A stretch of 63,547 bases of DNA, filler included, from Olpidium bornovanus S191 (GCA_017911155.1; 28 parts of 28 records of this genome joined end to end with filler, not necessarily neighbours in it); one strand, 5' to 3'; shown: positions 35,908-49,254, numbered from the whole stretch's first letter. Numbers and translations are program-made. Notes: generated by a model from the letters alone, not told the origin.

Positions 35908-37394
35908 AATGGTTACATATCAGTTACTATAAGAATTAAAATCATCATATAATATGATTGGTGCAAATACCTATATAGTATAAAGTATAATTACATCAAA
36001 TCTATCCTTTAGTGTACATTCAATTCCATATGGATGGAATTCACCCCAGTACCAATAGGCATAGTGTAAGTAATATCTTCGATATTTCATTTCACGCAGA
36101 ACAAAACGATACACCAATAGAAAACCCAAATTTTGCCATAGTTTTTCACATAGAGCATTGTCACTGAAAATTTTATTTTCTTACAAGAAACAAACATGGC
36201 TTCTCTTCTTCACCTCGAAAGTGTTCGTGTAACACCGTATCAAATGTTCCAACCTGCAAAAAAAATGTCTGGTGCGCTTTTGCGATTTGCAACTTCTGTT
36301 GACCCGAGCGACAGGACTGAGTATCAAAGCACAGTTATAGAACAGATGCGTTTCAAATTTGGGCCATCTTTGGGTTAAGTTGATTTCCAGTACAGTAATC
36401 TTCACCTGAAAGCTGAAAGGGTAGGAGAACTTGCTAAAGCAGGTGCCTCTAGTTTCTTCCGAAAATTAAAAATTTTTCGATCTGATAGTGCTTTACTATA
36501 TGAACGTGACAGTGCTGATGTGCTATCTAATATTCTGAGAGATATTTCAGTGAATTCGGTAGAGATCTTCAAGTTTTGGTCTCACAAATGGTGCATGANN
36601 NNNNNNNNNNNNNNNNNNNNNNNNNNNNNNNNNNNNNNNNNNTTAATTAATTAANNNNNNNNNNNNNNNNNNNNNNNNNNNNNNNNNNNNNNNNNNNNGA
36701 CTCGGGCAAATCCCTCGGCGAGCGCATCGGCAAGTGGTTGAAGAAGCGAAATGGGGGGGAGGCCGCGGCCCCACCGCCCGAGGAACAAGGGACGGGTCCG
36801 GAAAGCGGCGGCCGCGAAACCGACCGGCCGACCGGCGGCGAAACCGGCCGGCGGCGGCTGCCCTCCTCCTTCGGCCGCCGCATCGGGGAGTGGGTCGAGA
36901 AACCGATATTAAAAAAAACCGCCGCCGCGCCGCCGGCATTTTTGGTTTTTGCACCACGACCGAGGAGGTCATCTGAGGTGTTCCCCCCCCTCTCCTTTCT
37001 CCGTAAGTCCTTTGGAGCTTGCGATCTTTTTTTTTTTTTTTTTTTTTTTTGCGGGCACGAAGGCTTATCATACACCCCCGCCCACGCCGCTTTTAACTCT
37101 CGCGTCCCCGTGCAGTTGTTAGGCGGCCACCCCTCCCGCCCATCCCCAAGATCAAAATCTCGTTTTGAAAAGGCCGGAGGGGCGAAGGAGGCAAAATTGG
37201 AAACGAACAAGAAAGAAGGCATCCCCGAGGATGGCGATGCAAACCGAAAGCCATTCAGCCATGGCTGCGAGGCGCATTTTATATTTGGGGGGTTTTTTAG
37301 CGCAATTCTGGACAGATGACGAAGCATTATTCTGCTTTGTTTGCGTGCCAAAGCGGTGGGCAAGGATAATTGAGATTCTGGAATAGCAAGACTT

Positions 37395-37446
37395 TGTATC
37401 ACCTTTCTGTATCACCTTTTATGTATCACCGTTTTGTATCACCTTT
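37395..37446 (+). repeat. Four spaced copies of TGTATCACC (13-14-nt period)
   Basis: Units start at 37395, 37408, 37422 and 37435. Confidence 0.9.
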
Positions 37447-37503
37447 GCCACGCTTTGTCGCGCGACCTGGCCTCGGTTTGGTGTTTTCTTTTTTTTTTTT
37501 TTT

Positions 37504-37534
<31 letters not shown>

Positions 37535-40500
37535 GGTTTTGCGGGTGTTTATGCGCGCCGCCCGCGGGGCGGATCTAAGGCTGGCTGGGGATTTTGAGGG
37601 CGCGCCGCGTCTCCCCAAGCCGGGCGGATCACGTGCGGCGCGCCGCCGCACCCCGCCGCACCCCCGCACGCGCTGCCGGAAAACGAGGGCGCTGCTGTAA
37701 GAGATTGGAGGCGGCGACGAAGAAGGAGGAGGAAAACCCCCGGACCCTGACGAAAACTCGCCTAACCGGGAATTTTCGGACAACCTTACCCGCGACCCCA
37801 CATAGGCAATCAACTGTCAAAACGGTTTTTGATCCATTGTTTTTTGACCTCAACTTTTTTTTGCAATTAGAAAGAAAGCTCCTCGACGCCGACCGGTTTC
37901 AAAAATCGGAATCGGCACTACATTCGCGCCATCAACGTAACCCCCTGCCCGGCCCCCCCCTCCCCCCCCTCTTATTCGTGGCGAACCGCAGCTCAAACAG
38001 CGGCGATCGCGCGGCAATCGCCAGCCCGCGCGGTTGCGAAAGAGAGATGTGCTGTTCGCAGAGTGGCAGGATGGGAAGGTTCATTGGCTATCCTCCCCCC
38101 CCCCCTCTTTCCACGGCGATGCCGCGGATCTGCCAAAGAAGTTCTGCGCAACGGGACTTCAAGATCACCATCATCTGGGGCTCCTCGGAAGAGCGCAGAA
38201 GTCCCCCCGTTCTCCCTTCCTTCTCCTTCCCGTCCGTCCCGCATTCCGCGCACGCCTGTTATTCCAATGGCTCTGCTCAGAATCAAAATTCTCGGCCATT
38301 CCTGCAAACCAGCCGCGCAAACCCCCCCTTATGGTTTATATCCATTACCTACTATTTATTAGTTAAATCCCTCCTACCTCTGTAGGTTAGGCTGATTCCC
38401 CGCCATGCCGCGGGCGAACTCGAACGTTCTCATCCTCACCGCCACGAAGGGCGCACGATGTTTCGAAAGACAGTTCAATTGATACAAGATAAAAAACATC
38501 TGCGTTGTACATGGGATTTTGAAGTTAAAGTGAGGTTATAAAAACCCAATTTATTTGAAGAAGGAATAAAAGGCGGGGATTCCCTCGAACCTACGCTCCT
38601 CAACTAGAGAAGTTTCGGCTGCTTACGTACNNNNNNNNNNNNNNNNNNNNNNNNNNNNNNNNNNNNNNNNNNNNTTAATTAATTAANNNNNNNNNNNNNN
38701 NNNNNNNNNNNNNNNNNNNNNNNNNNNNNNCATGCAAGAACCGTCCCCCGTAGACCTGCGGGCCATCGTCTGAGGTCGATAACTTTAGTCGTTCCTTGTA
38801 GGTTTGGGACCGGGAAAAATCAGCTGGTACTACAGAAACGTCGCATCGCTGGCGCGAATATTGCGGTAAGTAGTCTCAGGAACAGGTGGGGTCAGCTCGC
38901 GCGAGACGCTGCCGGTGCTGCGGCGCTCGGCTTTCTCGATTAGGAGGCTGGAGAGGATGGGCGCCACTAGTGGAAAAAGCGATCCGCAGGCAATGGGGCC
39001 ACCTTTCTCTGCCGTTGTGTTCGCGACAGGCGTAAAGAAAGAGAGAGCGAAGGGGAGAGGGCTTTCCGCGCGGGGGCGGGCCACCAGATGACCGACAGGC
39101 AAACTCCGTGTGCACGGGGACGACCGATGGCGAATGTCGCATGGTCGTGGTCTGCTTATTGGGAAGCACTCACCACGGGCGGCGCCCGCATAAGCCTGTG
39201 CTCCGCCGGGCCGTCTGTGTTCATGTGCACCGAACTAGTTCTGCCGTCAGAGTAGGCGGTAGAATGAAACGCTCGCCCGCGAAACTGAAATTCGCGCAGG
39301 GCGGTTTCGCCCCAGGGCAAACGCACGGACATCGGCGCGGGGTTCCTTTGACTGGCGGCCGGCGGGCCGACAGTTGCAATAACGGACGTGTGAAGGAGGC
39401 AGTCGTGCGGGCTGTCAATTATGCTGACGAAGACCTGTGCGGGGATGTGCATTGCAAGCGCTTGTCCGCAAGCGACCATTCGAATTACCCGTAGGCACCC
39501 CCTATCTCGCCCTCTAGCCCCAGGAAGACGGCTTGGCGGTTAACCCTCGGTTCCCGTCGAAGCCAAGCGCCGTCTAAAAATTGCGAGAACGCTTCGGCTG
39601 CGCAAAATGTGCGCGCGGACCTCCCGCCCCCCACTCGCCCCTCCCCTTCCCCACAACGGTTCTCGCGCTCCCTCACCGCGCCAGTGGCGGCTTTGCGGCG
39701 GGCGCGAAACCGTCTTTGGTCCTAGCCGTGCACCCGCGACAAACTTCCAGGGTGCGTCAGTTGGCTTGTGAGAACCAAAAGGGAGCAGAGAAGTTCGTGT
39801 GTGCAGCCAGACTTGCGCGACCGCGCGAAGCAAGCCACCATCGCTTTGCTTTATGGTGCTATTTGTTCCATCAGTGCATGTGTGCGCAACCGTTCTTCAC
39901 CAGACGTCTTTCGATGATTTCGGTCGACTGTCCTTGTGCCGGGGTTACCGTGGTATTTTTCGTGAAGCAAGTAACTGAAATTAAGGTTTATGTCAAGCTT
40001 CATAAAGAAGCTGCCCATGTTATGTTATTCTGATTTCCATTTGTCTATTGTCAAAGGGAGTTTTTCTTTCCGGCGTTCACCCCTAGTGCGTCGCAGATGC
40101 TCCCTCGTTCTGGTGTGTGCCCCTTGCCTGTCGAAGTTGGGCGCCCAGTTCCGGTGGGCGCCTCTTGCCCTTCGTCGGGTGTCCTCGTCTGATGTGCACC
40201 CCGCGCCCTTTGAAAGGGAGGGTTACGTTTCAGTGTGGCGGGTGTTTTTTTGTCTGGTTTCCCTGGGGTTTCAAGGGGGGGGGGAAGTATCCACCCTTAA
40301 CCCACTCTCTGCCGGCAGCCGCCCCACCTTGAAGGAGGCTGGAGCCCAGTGCTGTCAGGGAGAAACTACAAAAACAGCAGACAGTATGCACAGTATCATT
40401 TGTCGCAGGGCCAAGATGGTTCGGGCTGCATATTACATAATTCCTGACACGGAAAGTATAATTCTCGTTGTCTGTTTCACGAATCGCACCTACCTCCAAA

Positions 40501-40720
40501 TAAGCGGCATGTTCAGATGTCCAAAAAAGGAGGTCCGTCCGCGCCCGTCGTCATGCCTTTCGCGCCGGTCGAGGGAGTTTTGTTTTTCATGTTTGGAAAG
40601 ATGTAAACCCGGTCGCGAAAACAAATGCCCGTCAGAGAACAAACAAAAAAAAATCAAAATGCCCGTAAAGCCCGTATCGCCCGTCTTTCCCGTCGCAGCT
40701 TTTTTGCCGGAAGCAAGCCC

Positions 40721-40960
40721 TCCATGCCGGAGGCACCCCGTCCATGCCGGCAGCACACCCGCCATGCCGGCAGCACACCCGCCATGCCGGCAGCACACCC
40801 GCCATGCCGGCAGCACACCCGCCATGCCGGCAGCACCCTCTGCGTGCAGGCAGCACACCCTCCATTCCGTATCACGCTCTCCGGCCCGGCAGCGTGTCCT
40901 CTTGGCCGGCAGTACGCCCCACCATGGCGGCAGCAGTCCCTACATGCCGGCTGCACCCCT
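40721..40960 (+). repeat. 20-bp tandem repeat (CCATGCCGGCAGCACACCCG) x5 plus degenerate flanking copies
   Basis: Units at 40742-40838 read directly; the core TGCCGGCA is a palindrome. Confidence 0.95.
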
Positions 40961-41794
40961 CTGTTTAAAAGGAGGGTTTGAGGAGGGGAGCAGGAAGGGA
41001 TGGGCGCTGCGGTTCCAGAGCGGTCCAGGCCGGCGTTGTGCCGGGTCTGCTGCTTCTTTCCTTCCTGTCCATCCTTTCTGGCGCCGGGGAGGAGTGTCCT
41101 TTTGCAATGTGTGTGGCGTTGCGGTTCAGAGAGTTGCGATCCCTATCCCATCTTTCCGCCGGCCGCAAAAAAAAAAAATCAGAAAGAAACCGGTAAGGAA
41201 GGAAGGGTGGAAGGGAGGGGAAGGGGAACGGGAAGAGCGGCAGGGCCCGGTCTGCCTCCACACACCCACACTGTCCCTCATATTGGATCAAAGCGTAGAG
41301 CCGGGAAAACCCGGCGCAAGGCCACTTTCTGCCACACCCCTTCCATCCTTTCTTTATTATTGCAAAAAAAGAAGAAAACTGGCTTGCGCCTTTGGCCAAT
41401 GACACGGAAGGGTATTGTTTTTTTCAACAAACAATCGAGAACATACTGCCGACCCGATCCGACAGGGATTCAAGGTGGAATGTGGGACTGCTTGTTGGGA
41501 GAACTTACCTTCAAGAACAACCAAACAAACCCGCAGAATTTCTAGGAAAGTATCTGGTCTTTTCGAACCACCCAACAGACAACCTCCACCTTAGAGGTTT
41601 CCACGAACCGCGCGACTGTTGCCCACTAGGTGTCAATGAGTAAAATTAGTCTCTTGCCATTACCTTCACCTTCGTCGTCGCCGTCCCCGTCCCCGTCACA
41701 GCCGCCTCCCTTTGCCATCGCATTTGTCTCCGAACATAGCAGTCGTTAACATTTTTGCTGTCGCAGTGGGCCATCACCTTCTCCAACAGTGTCC

Positions 41795-41990
41795 CTTCTC
41801 AGAATCCGCATTGGATATTGCTTTGGATTCTGCATCAGATTTTGTGTTCGATTGATTATCCTTTGAATTCCGCGTCGGAGATGCGTCAGATTCTGGGTAA
41901 GGTTCTTTGTCGGAATTGCGTCAGATTCCGCGTCAGATTCTGCGTCGGATTCTGCATCAAATTCTGCGTCGGATACTTGGTCAGATCTTA
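41795..41990 (-). repeat. Degenerate ~12-bp DAES-type repeat, copy 2 (same unit as 280-520)
   Basis: tcagattccgcg tcagattctgcg tcggattctgca tcaaattctgcg; minus strand reads SDAEFDAESDAESDAESDA, then frameshifts. Confidence 0.75.
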
Positions 41991-43027
41991 AGGGCTCCGC
42001 ACACGCGCCGTCCGAGTGAACGATCAATTTGCGCGTCGCGTCATCGGCACACGCGGACGCGGCGTGACGGAGGGCGGTGGGACAAAGGGAGGGGACGAGG
42101 GAAGCGCGCGAGTTGGCGGGGTCTCCGAATTCTCGGCTCCGCCTCGCGTATTTTTTTTTATGCAGCCTGCTCCCTCTGCTGCTGCTGCTGCGCACGCCGG
42201 CTCGCCTTTCTCCTTCCCTCCACCCCTCCATCTCCGACTGACACGAAAAAAAAACAAACTAAAAAAGGCCCCAGCCTCACTTTTCCCCGCGCCCCGTCCT
42301 CCCCCGCGCGAACCGGAGGAAAAAAAAAACAAAACCAAGCCACTCGTAAAAAACAACGCGGCGAGTTTAGAAACACGCACCCCTCCCTTTTCCTCCCGCC
42401 CCTCCTTTTTCACGCTCCCCCTTGCCCCGCGCACCCCCTTGCCCCGCGCGCGCGCGAGATCGAGATTTCCGACGACAAAAAAAAAATCCAAGACGGCCGC
42501 AGCCGCGGACGCGTCAGCGGGGATTCCCCCACCCCACCCCCCTTCTCTCCCCTACCCCCGCCCGTTTACCGTGCTCGCGAAACAGCTCCCTTGTGCGCGA
42601 GCGCCGCGCCCACGAAACGCGACCCAGCGCCGGGAACGCCGCAAAGGGTGGGGGCAAAAGTCGTCGACGCGGCTGTTCGCCGGCTCCGCCCGCCCCTTTC
42701 CTTTCCCCCCGCACCCCTCCTTCTCTTCTCCTCGCCCCTCGCGGCGTCCGGCGCGAGCTTGAGACACCATCCGGGCCGCGCTAAAAGAAAAAAGAAAAAC
42801 AAAAAGAGAAAAAATATAAGAAAGGAAAAAGTAACGAAAAAAAGCCTAAATTTTTCGGACCGAGGGGGCGGGGGCGGGGAAAGGAAACCTGCGCAATCGC
42901 CCCCCCCCCCCCTCTCCCTCCCCACTATCTACATCGTCCGCGCGGCTGGGGACCTTCGACCAGCCTTACTTCCTCCTCACACAGGCCAAACTTGCCGAGC
43001 CGGAGATCAGTCCCTGGGCGGGGAGGC

Positions 43028-44642
43028 ATGCGGTCGATCGGTGTTTCCGCCCAGCCGGTTGGACGCCTGCACCGCGCCGTGCGCCCCGCTCTGCTCCACG
43101 CGCTCGGCCCCTCCTTGTGCCCGCGGGCAGCGGACCGCCGCTTCCTGGCGGTGAGCATGCTTTCCCTCGACCAACCTCCCCGCCGCGGCCTTTGGGTGCA
43201 CCGATTCCGGCGGCGTGTGCCGGTTTCGCATCGACTGGGCTTCCTCGCTTACGGCAGGCCCTTCCACCCACCCACCCCGCCCACACCCTCTCTCCACCCC
43301 CCCCCCTTTTTTTCAGGCGACGCCGAGCGCCCTCGCCGGCGACGGGCCTGACCACGAGCAATACCCGCGCCACGAGCAATACCCGCGCCAGCACCAGGAG
43401 CCCAGCGTCCCGTACGCCATCGACGCGGCGGAGCGGGCCGCCGTGGTTCCGGCGCATCCCGCGGCGGGCGGGCTCGCGGTAAACGAGGCCGCCGCCGCCG
43501 CCGCAGCGCGCGTCGCTCCTGTCATCTACCGCGCCCACGGGTTCACTGATGAAATGGTCGGGAGGGTCTCCGACCAGCCCTTTCCGCCCGAAGCAATCGC
43601 GATCCTGCACGCGCCTTTGGCCTGGGAAGACGTCGCCTCCAGGCCCGTCGGCGGGGGTCGGTTTCTTTTTTGTCATTTTGATTTTATTGCAGATTTTGTT
43701 TGTTTGTTTTTTTCTTTTTGCAACGAATCATCCTGCGAGGAAGCAACAGCAACAAAAAAAAGAAAAAGCAAAGAAAAGAAGATGCCTCGCAACGTTTGTC
43801 GCGCGTACGGAGTTACGCCGCTCAAGCGCGCAGGCTGACGCGAACGCGCGCTCTGCTCTCCCGGGCGAAAAATTAAAAAGGTCCGCCGGTTCCGTATCTC
43901 CCGGAGATCAAGTACCGACGGATACTCAACAAAGCGTTTGGTCCCGGAGGTACCCCCCCCCCCCTTCCCCATTCTTTTTTTGTCCGTGCGCGAGTGCGAG
44001 CAACTCCTCCCGCCCCCGCTGATCTACGGTCGTTTTTTAATTTGTCCTCTCGATGCGGGCGCCCAAAACTTTTTGCCGAGAGAAAAGCCTGGGCGCTGCT
44101 GCCTGTGGGGCCGCTGAAACAGGAAGAAAATGTGATCTCGCGCGACTACCAGCTGTTCGTGTTCGGCCGCTTAGTGAGCGAGGCCCGCGGGAAACAGGAA
44201 TTCACTTCCAACAAAAAGTCCGTCGCGACGGCGATGGAGGGCGTGAAGAGCAACGCGCTTATGCGGTGCTGTGAGTTTTTTACGTCCGACCCCTTCCCCC
44301 CCTCCCGCCCGCCGCCTTCTTCCTAGCCTTTTGTTTCGCCGTGTTCGTTGCCGCAACATCGTTGACATCGTTGACCGTAAAAGTGCAGGCAAAAATTGCT
44401 GATTTTATTTTTTTTTTCTTTTGCAGGCAAGGACTTGGGGATTGCCAGCGAGTTGTGGTAAACTTCGCACGCTTATTTTTAGGAAGTTCTAGCCGGCGGC
44501 GAGAAAGTGGCGCGATCTAAATTTTGCCGGTTGATCTCCGGGCGCGTAAACCGGCCGTGGTATCTGCAGGGATCCTCAGTGGATAAAAAAGTGGCAGTCG
44601 CGCCAATTCGGCGGACAGGCCAGATCGGCGCCCCGCTGGTGA
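43028..44642 (+). CDS. MGM101: Mitochondrial genome maintenance protein Mgm101 (Rad52-like), multi-exon
   Basis: Presequence-like exon 1, then SDQPFPPEAIAIL, YLPEIKYRRILNKAFGPGG, ARGKQEF...ATAMEGVKSNALMRCC, KDLGIASELW and DPQWIKKW...*. Confidence 0.95.
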
Positions 44643-46584
44643 CGGGCGCGTCGAGCCCGATTGATGAAACGAAAAAAAAAACCACGGAGCTCTCCACGTT
44701 TGACGGCGGCGCTCTATGGCCGCGCGCGCCTTTCTGCATCCCCCCGCCCCGTACAACGATACGCCGGGGACGCGCGGCGTCCCGACCGGGGGGCTGGGGA
44801 TGGGAGGGGGAGAAAGCCTGAAGCAAACTCTTTGCTTGTTTCATCCCTCCTTCCCCACCACTCCACCTTTTCCCCCATCCCCTTTGCCCTGGCCCCCGTC
44901 CTTTTTAGCGGAAACGTTTCATTTTTCTCCGTTTAAGTTCCGCGCGCTCGCTTTCCGCATTCGTCCGACCGCTTGTTTTCTCGTCGCAAGGCCGGCTGTT
45001 TCACGACGAGAATTTCCGCCCGTTCCGAGGGCCGAGAAATTCCTGTTTTTGCGCCCGGCCGTTTTGTCGGGGAATTTGGGGTGCTCGCGGTTGGGTCCGG
45101 CAACCCCCCCCCCCCCCTTTTTTTTTCCCCCCCCCCCCCCCCCCCCTCTCTCCCCCTCCCCCCCCCCCCCCCCCCCCCCCTTTTTTTTTTTTTTTTCCCC
45201 CTCTCCCCCCCCCCCCCCCCCCCCCCTTTTTTTTTTCGGGGCCCCCGATTTTTTTTTTTTTTTTTTTTTTCGTTTAAGNNNNNNNNNNNNNNNNNNNNNN
45301 NNNNNNNNNNNNNNNNNNNNNNTTAATTAATTAANNNNNNNNNNNNNNNNNNNNNNNNNNNNNNNNNNNNNNNNNNNNCATGTACGTAGCATATGAAATC
45401 GTGGAAAGACGTTCGCGTATTCCTTGGGCGTGGTGGGGCGGGAAGAAGTAATCGCGTAGTGCTTGACTTAAAGTCAGCCCAGGTTGTCCAGCGGCCCGGA
45501 TGCCCGTCTGGGAAGCGCTGCTCGTGTGAGAGCCACACGTTTGCGGCAGTTTCGCGACCGCCCGCTGCGTTTTTAGTTAGTCAGGTGCAATGCCACGTGA
45601 GTACCGATCGTACGCGTCAAATCTCGCAATATTGAAGGTTTGGAGGCGCATTGCCCCCCCTTGTACGTCATATTGAGGCACTTCGGCGAGAAGAGGCTTG
45701 GGCCCAGTTCAGGGCGCTCGCGGACGCGCAAGATCTCCTTTGCAACGATAGCGATATCGGACGCCTGGCCGCTCGCCGCCGCCCGATGGCCGATGCGTTC
45801 GTTACCGAGGAGTTCGGAAAGCGCGTGCCGCTTCCCGGTTTCCCGAGCGGAACGAACGCGGACGACGGGCGGGAAACGCGCGAAAACACCGTCAAATTGT
45901 TTTTTTCTTTCAATCACCTTTTTACGAGACGGGTAGGCGGGAGCCGGGGAGAAGGTACATGGATCAGACTGGCCAATCCAGCAAACTGGACTGGCCGCGG
46001 CGGGTTGGGAGGGCGGTGTTGAAGGGTAGCTTCAGCGCCCTTCCCGGCGATTGCGGCGGGTCGTGCTCGATGGCAGTTAGATTACCGCGCCGCCCTTCAA
46101 CCGGGGCAGCTGCGGGTTCAAATGCCGCAACGGGCGTCGCCGGGGGATCGCTCACGCATCCCCGCGAGCTGGAGAACGCCACTTGCCGCAGTGGCTGCTT
46201 CTTCAGCAGGCCGAGGGGAAGCCCAGAGGCAGTTCGCAGCTGCATGCCCGGGGAAGTAACCCCAGACTACGCGGGGGGCCGGATGTTCTGTGTGTGGAAT
46301 ATAGCCGGGGCTAGACCACCATCGACGGTCGCATTTTGCCGGCCGAGCCGCGCAGCCGCCATCGTGAATTGGCGCAGCGGTCGTCGTCGTCCTCCGTCGT
46401 CGCCGCGCGACCGTCGCCCTACTGCAGGGTTAGCCGTTTTCGCATCGTTCCAGCCGAGAGAGCCGGCTGTAGGAACGTCGGTGCACTACTGCACCGTGCC
46501 GATGCGCCATCAATCGAGCATCGTTTTCGATCGTGCGCACCCCCTCAGAGGACAGGCAAACCGGCGACCGATCCGCGCATCCAC

Positions 46585-47601
46585 GGGAACTCATCGGCCA
46601 CACGGTTTGAGCCCACAGGCCAATGAGGAACCATTGGCAGAATTTATTTTAATCGACCAGGCCTTCCGTGACGTTAACTCTGCCTTTATTCGTTCGTTCG
46701 CACTTTCACCCCAGTGCCCACTCAGTCCACTGATTAGTGCTGACACGAGCACATTCTTCAATTTCACCGCCAGCTCTCTGGGGATCAGGGCGTTCGCAGG
46801 AAGGGTTTTGGCTGGGGCTTCAAGCAGGTTTTAGCGTTTGTCTACCGATGGTGGCCCAGCTTTGGAAAAGCCGCTTGTCGATGACACCACGACACATCGC
46901 TGTGTTCCTTTCTTCTCGCACCTGTCCAGGACCAATGTCACAATTCTGTCTCCGTCGTTAGCCTCGGTCACCGCTGCCCTTTGAGCCAACCACCCACCAC
47001 ATCGCCGATCTCCCCAGAGCGAAAGCGCCTCATTGATTGCTCTGAAAATTGTCGTACATTGCCAGCTGGCCAGGTACACCGGCACCCAATCTGCACATCC
47101 ATGGGAACTTATCGGCCACAGGGTTTAAGCCCACAGGCCGATGAGAAACCGTTGGCAGAGGTTTATTTTTTATCGACCAGGCCATTTGTTACGTTAACCC
47201 TGTCTAGATTCCTTCGTTCACGCTCCTAACCCCAGTGCCTACTCATTACGCTAATTAGTGTTAACAAGGTCACATCCTTCGATTTACCGCTGGCTCCCTG
47301 GGGATCAGGGCGTTCGCAGGAAGAAAGGTTTTGGCTGGGATTTGAATCCACAGCGCCCTTTAGCATTCGTCTGCTGATGGCGGCCCAACTTTGGGAACAC
47401 TGCCCGTTGATGACACCACGACACCTCGTTGTGTTCTCGTACCTGTCCAGGACCAACGTTACTATTCTGTATCTATCGTTAGCCTCGGTCACCACTGTCC
47501 TTTGAGCCAACCGCCTACCGCGTTGCCGACCTCCCCAGAGCAGGCCCCATTGAGAGCGCCTCATTGATTGCTCTGAGAATCGTCGTACGTTGCCAGCTGG
47601 C
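46585..47601. repeat. Diverged tandem duplication, two ~515-bp units (roughly 75-80% identical by eye), probably a decayed coding sequence
   Basis: Shared blocks such as CTGGGGATCAGGGCGTTCGCAGGAAG, CCTGTCCAGGACCAA, CGTTAGCCTCGGTCACC and AGCGCCTCATTGATTGCTCTGA occur twice in the same order. Confidence 0.9.
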
Positions 47602-48362
47602 CTCTGCAGCTACCTGCCTGGCCAATTTGTGAACCAGTGGCCAACGGAGATCGTTCACGTCTTGGTAGGCCTGTGGACATTCCCAGACTGTTTGCGGCGG
47701 GCACTATTCTGCTGCGACACCAGAAACCTGCAATTCCCCACATTCCGTTTAATTGTCGACCGTTTCGCCCTTCAATCATCTGCCTGCGGCACCTTCAATC
47801 GCTGTCGGAAAATTCGGCCCCCTAACCCCACGGGTCACGTGCTGGTGGGCGGGGTGGTTCCCTGCCTTCTTCGTCTTCTGTTTCCCCGATTACCTAACTG
47901 CACTTGCCCGAAACCCAAAAATATACAAGCAAAACAACAAAGAAAGAATGTAAGGAGGCGGCCGCCAAAAGCAAGTAAAACAAAGTACTGGCTCTGGTCC
48001 TGGCTCTGGCTCTTACTCTGGCTCTGACCCGCCCACCCCCCCCCCCCTTTCCCCCACCCCTATCCTCCACCCTCCTCCCTCTTAAGAGGAGTCTGATGGT
48101 GTTACCGGGAAGGGGTTGAGCAGGGAACGATTTTACCGAGGCCGAGTTAAGGGGGGTTATCTTTTCTATTATCTCGAAAACCGAAATAAAATTCGAAGAA
48201 TCCACACGCGCGGGTGCAATCAACGTGGCAGGCGTAACGTAAACATCCATTTCGTGCGCTCTGCCCAAAGAACTATTTTCCTCGCCGGTTTGCCAGGAAA
48301 AAGAACGGCGCCGCACTCTGGACCTACAGCCGCGCGGGAATTGCCGAGTCCGACCGCTTTTT

Positions 48363-48801
48363 CTAAGCGCCGAATTGGAACCCTCCTTCAGGGACAGCGG
48401 CCTCGGGGCGGAATGCGAAGTTCCCGGTGGCGTTGTCGACTGCGGGGACGGCCGGCTCGTCCTCTTCATCGTCCGTGAAGTACTTCTCGATGATGCGGTA
48501 CGCCTTGGCGTAGATTTCCTCGTTGTCATGCATCTGCAGGTTGTGCACTTTCTCCATTCCGCCGGCCTCCTCGACCATGAGGGCGTAGGGGTTGAGGTTA
48601 TCCTGCGCCGATTTCTCCAGCTCACCGCTCTTGAGGATGTTCTCCAAGCCGTCCAGCGCGACTTGGATGATTTTGGGATCCATGCAGGCCAGGAGATCGC
48701 AAAGCGGCGCGATAACACCCTGGGAGACCAGGTAGCGGATCTGGTCAGGCCTGCTCAGGGCGCCCGTCGTGGCATTGGAAATGGCCCAGCAGGCCTCTTT
48801 C
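48363..48801 (-). CDS. SRP1: Importin subunit alpha, C-terminal part
   Basis: [13 protein letters not shown]...[35 protein letters not shown]...[32 protein letters not shown]...FQFGA*. Confidence 0.98.
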
Positions 48802-49254
48802 NNNNNNNNNNNNNNNNNNNNNNNNNNNNNNNNNNNNNNNNNNNNTTAATTAATTAANNNNNNNNNNNNNNNNNNNNNNNNNNNNNNNNNNNNNNNNNNN
48901 NCATGCGGGTTCGTAAACTTTGATATCAGGCGAGCTGGAGGTATGCGCATCTCCGCAAAAGCTCGCGCCTTCCTCTGAAACCGCTCCAAACTCAACCGTG
49001 AGCCTCGGTGTCAAGATATTCGGTGACCCGTTATTTGCATTCATATAGGGACTCCGCAGCCGACGGAGCGCGGGCCGCCGACAACCCGAAAATTCCCGGC
49101 TTCCGGGGGTGACGTTTAGGGGGGCGACCGCCGGGAAATTTAGGAGTGATGGCAAAATATGCTGAGTTCAGGTTCAACTTAAAACAAAAAAAAAAAAAAA
49201 AGAGAGAGAGAGGGAAACTCGTCGCGGAATGCCCCCACACGGGAGTGAGGAACA

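Noticed and set aside
39990-41402. 470-aa + strand ORF
   Set aside because: It runs through low-complexity repeats and A tracts with no recognisable domain or consistent composition; probably a chance frame.
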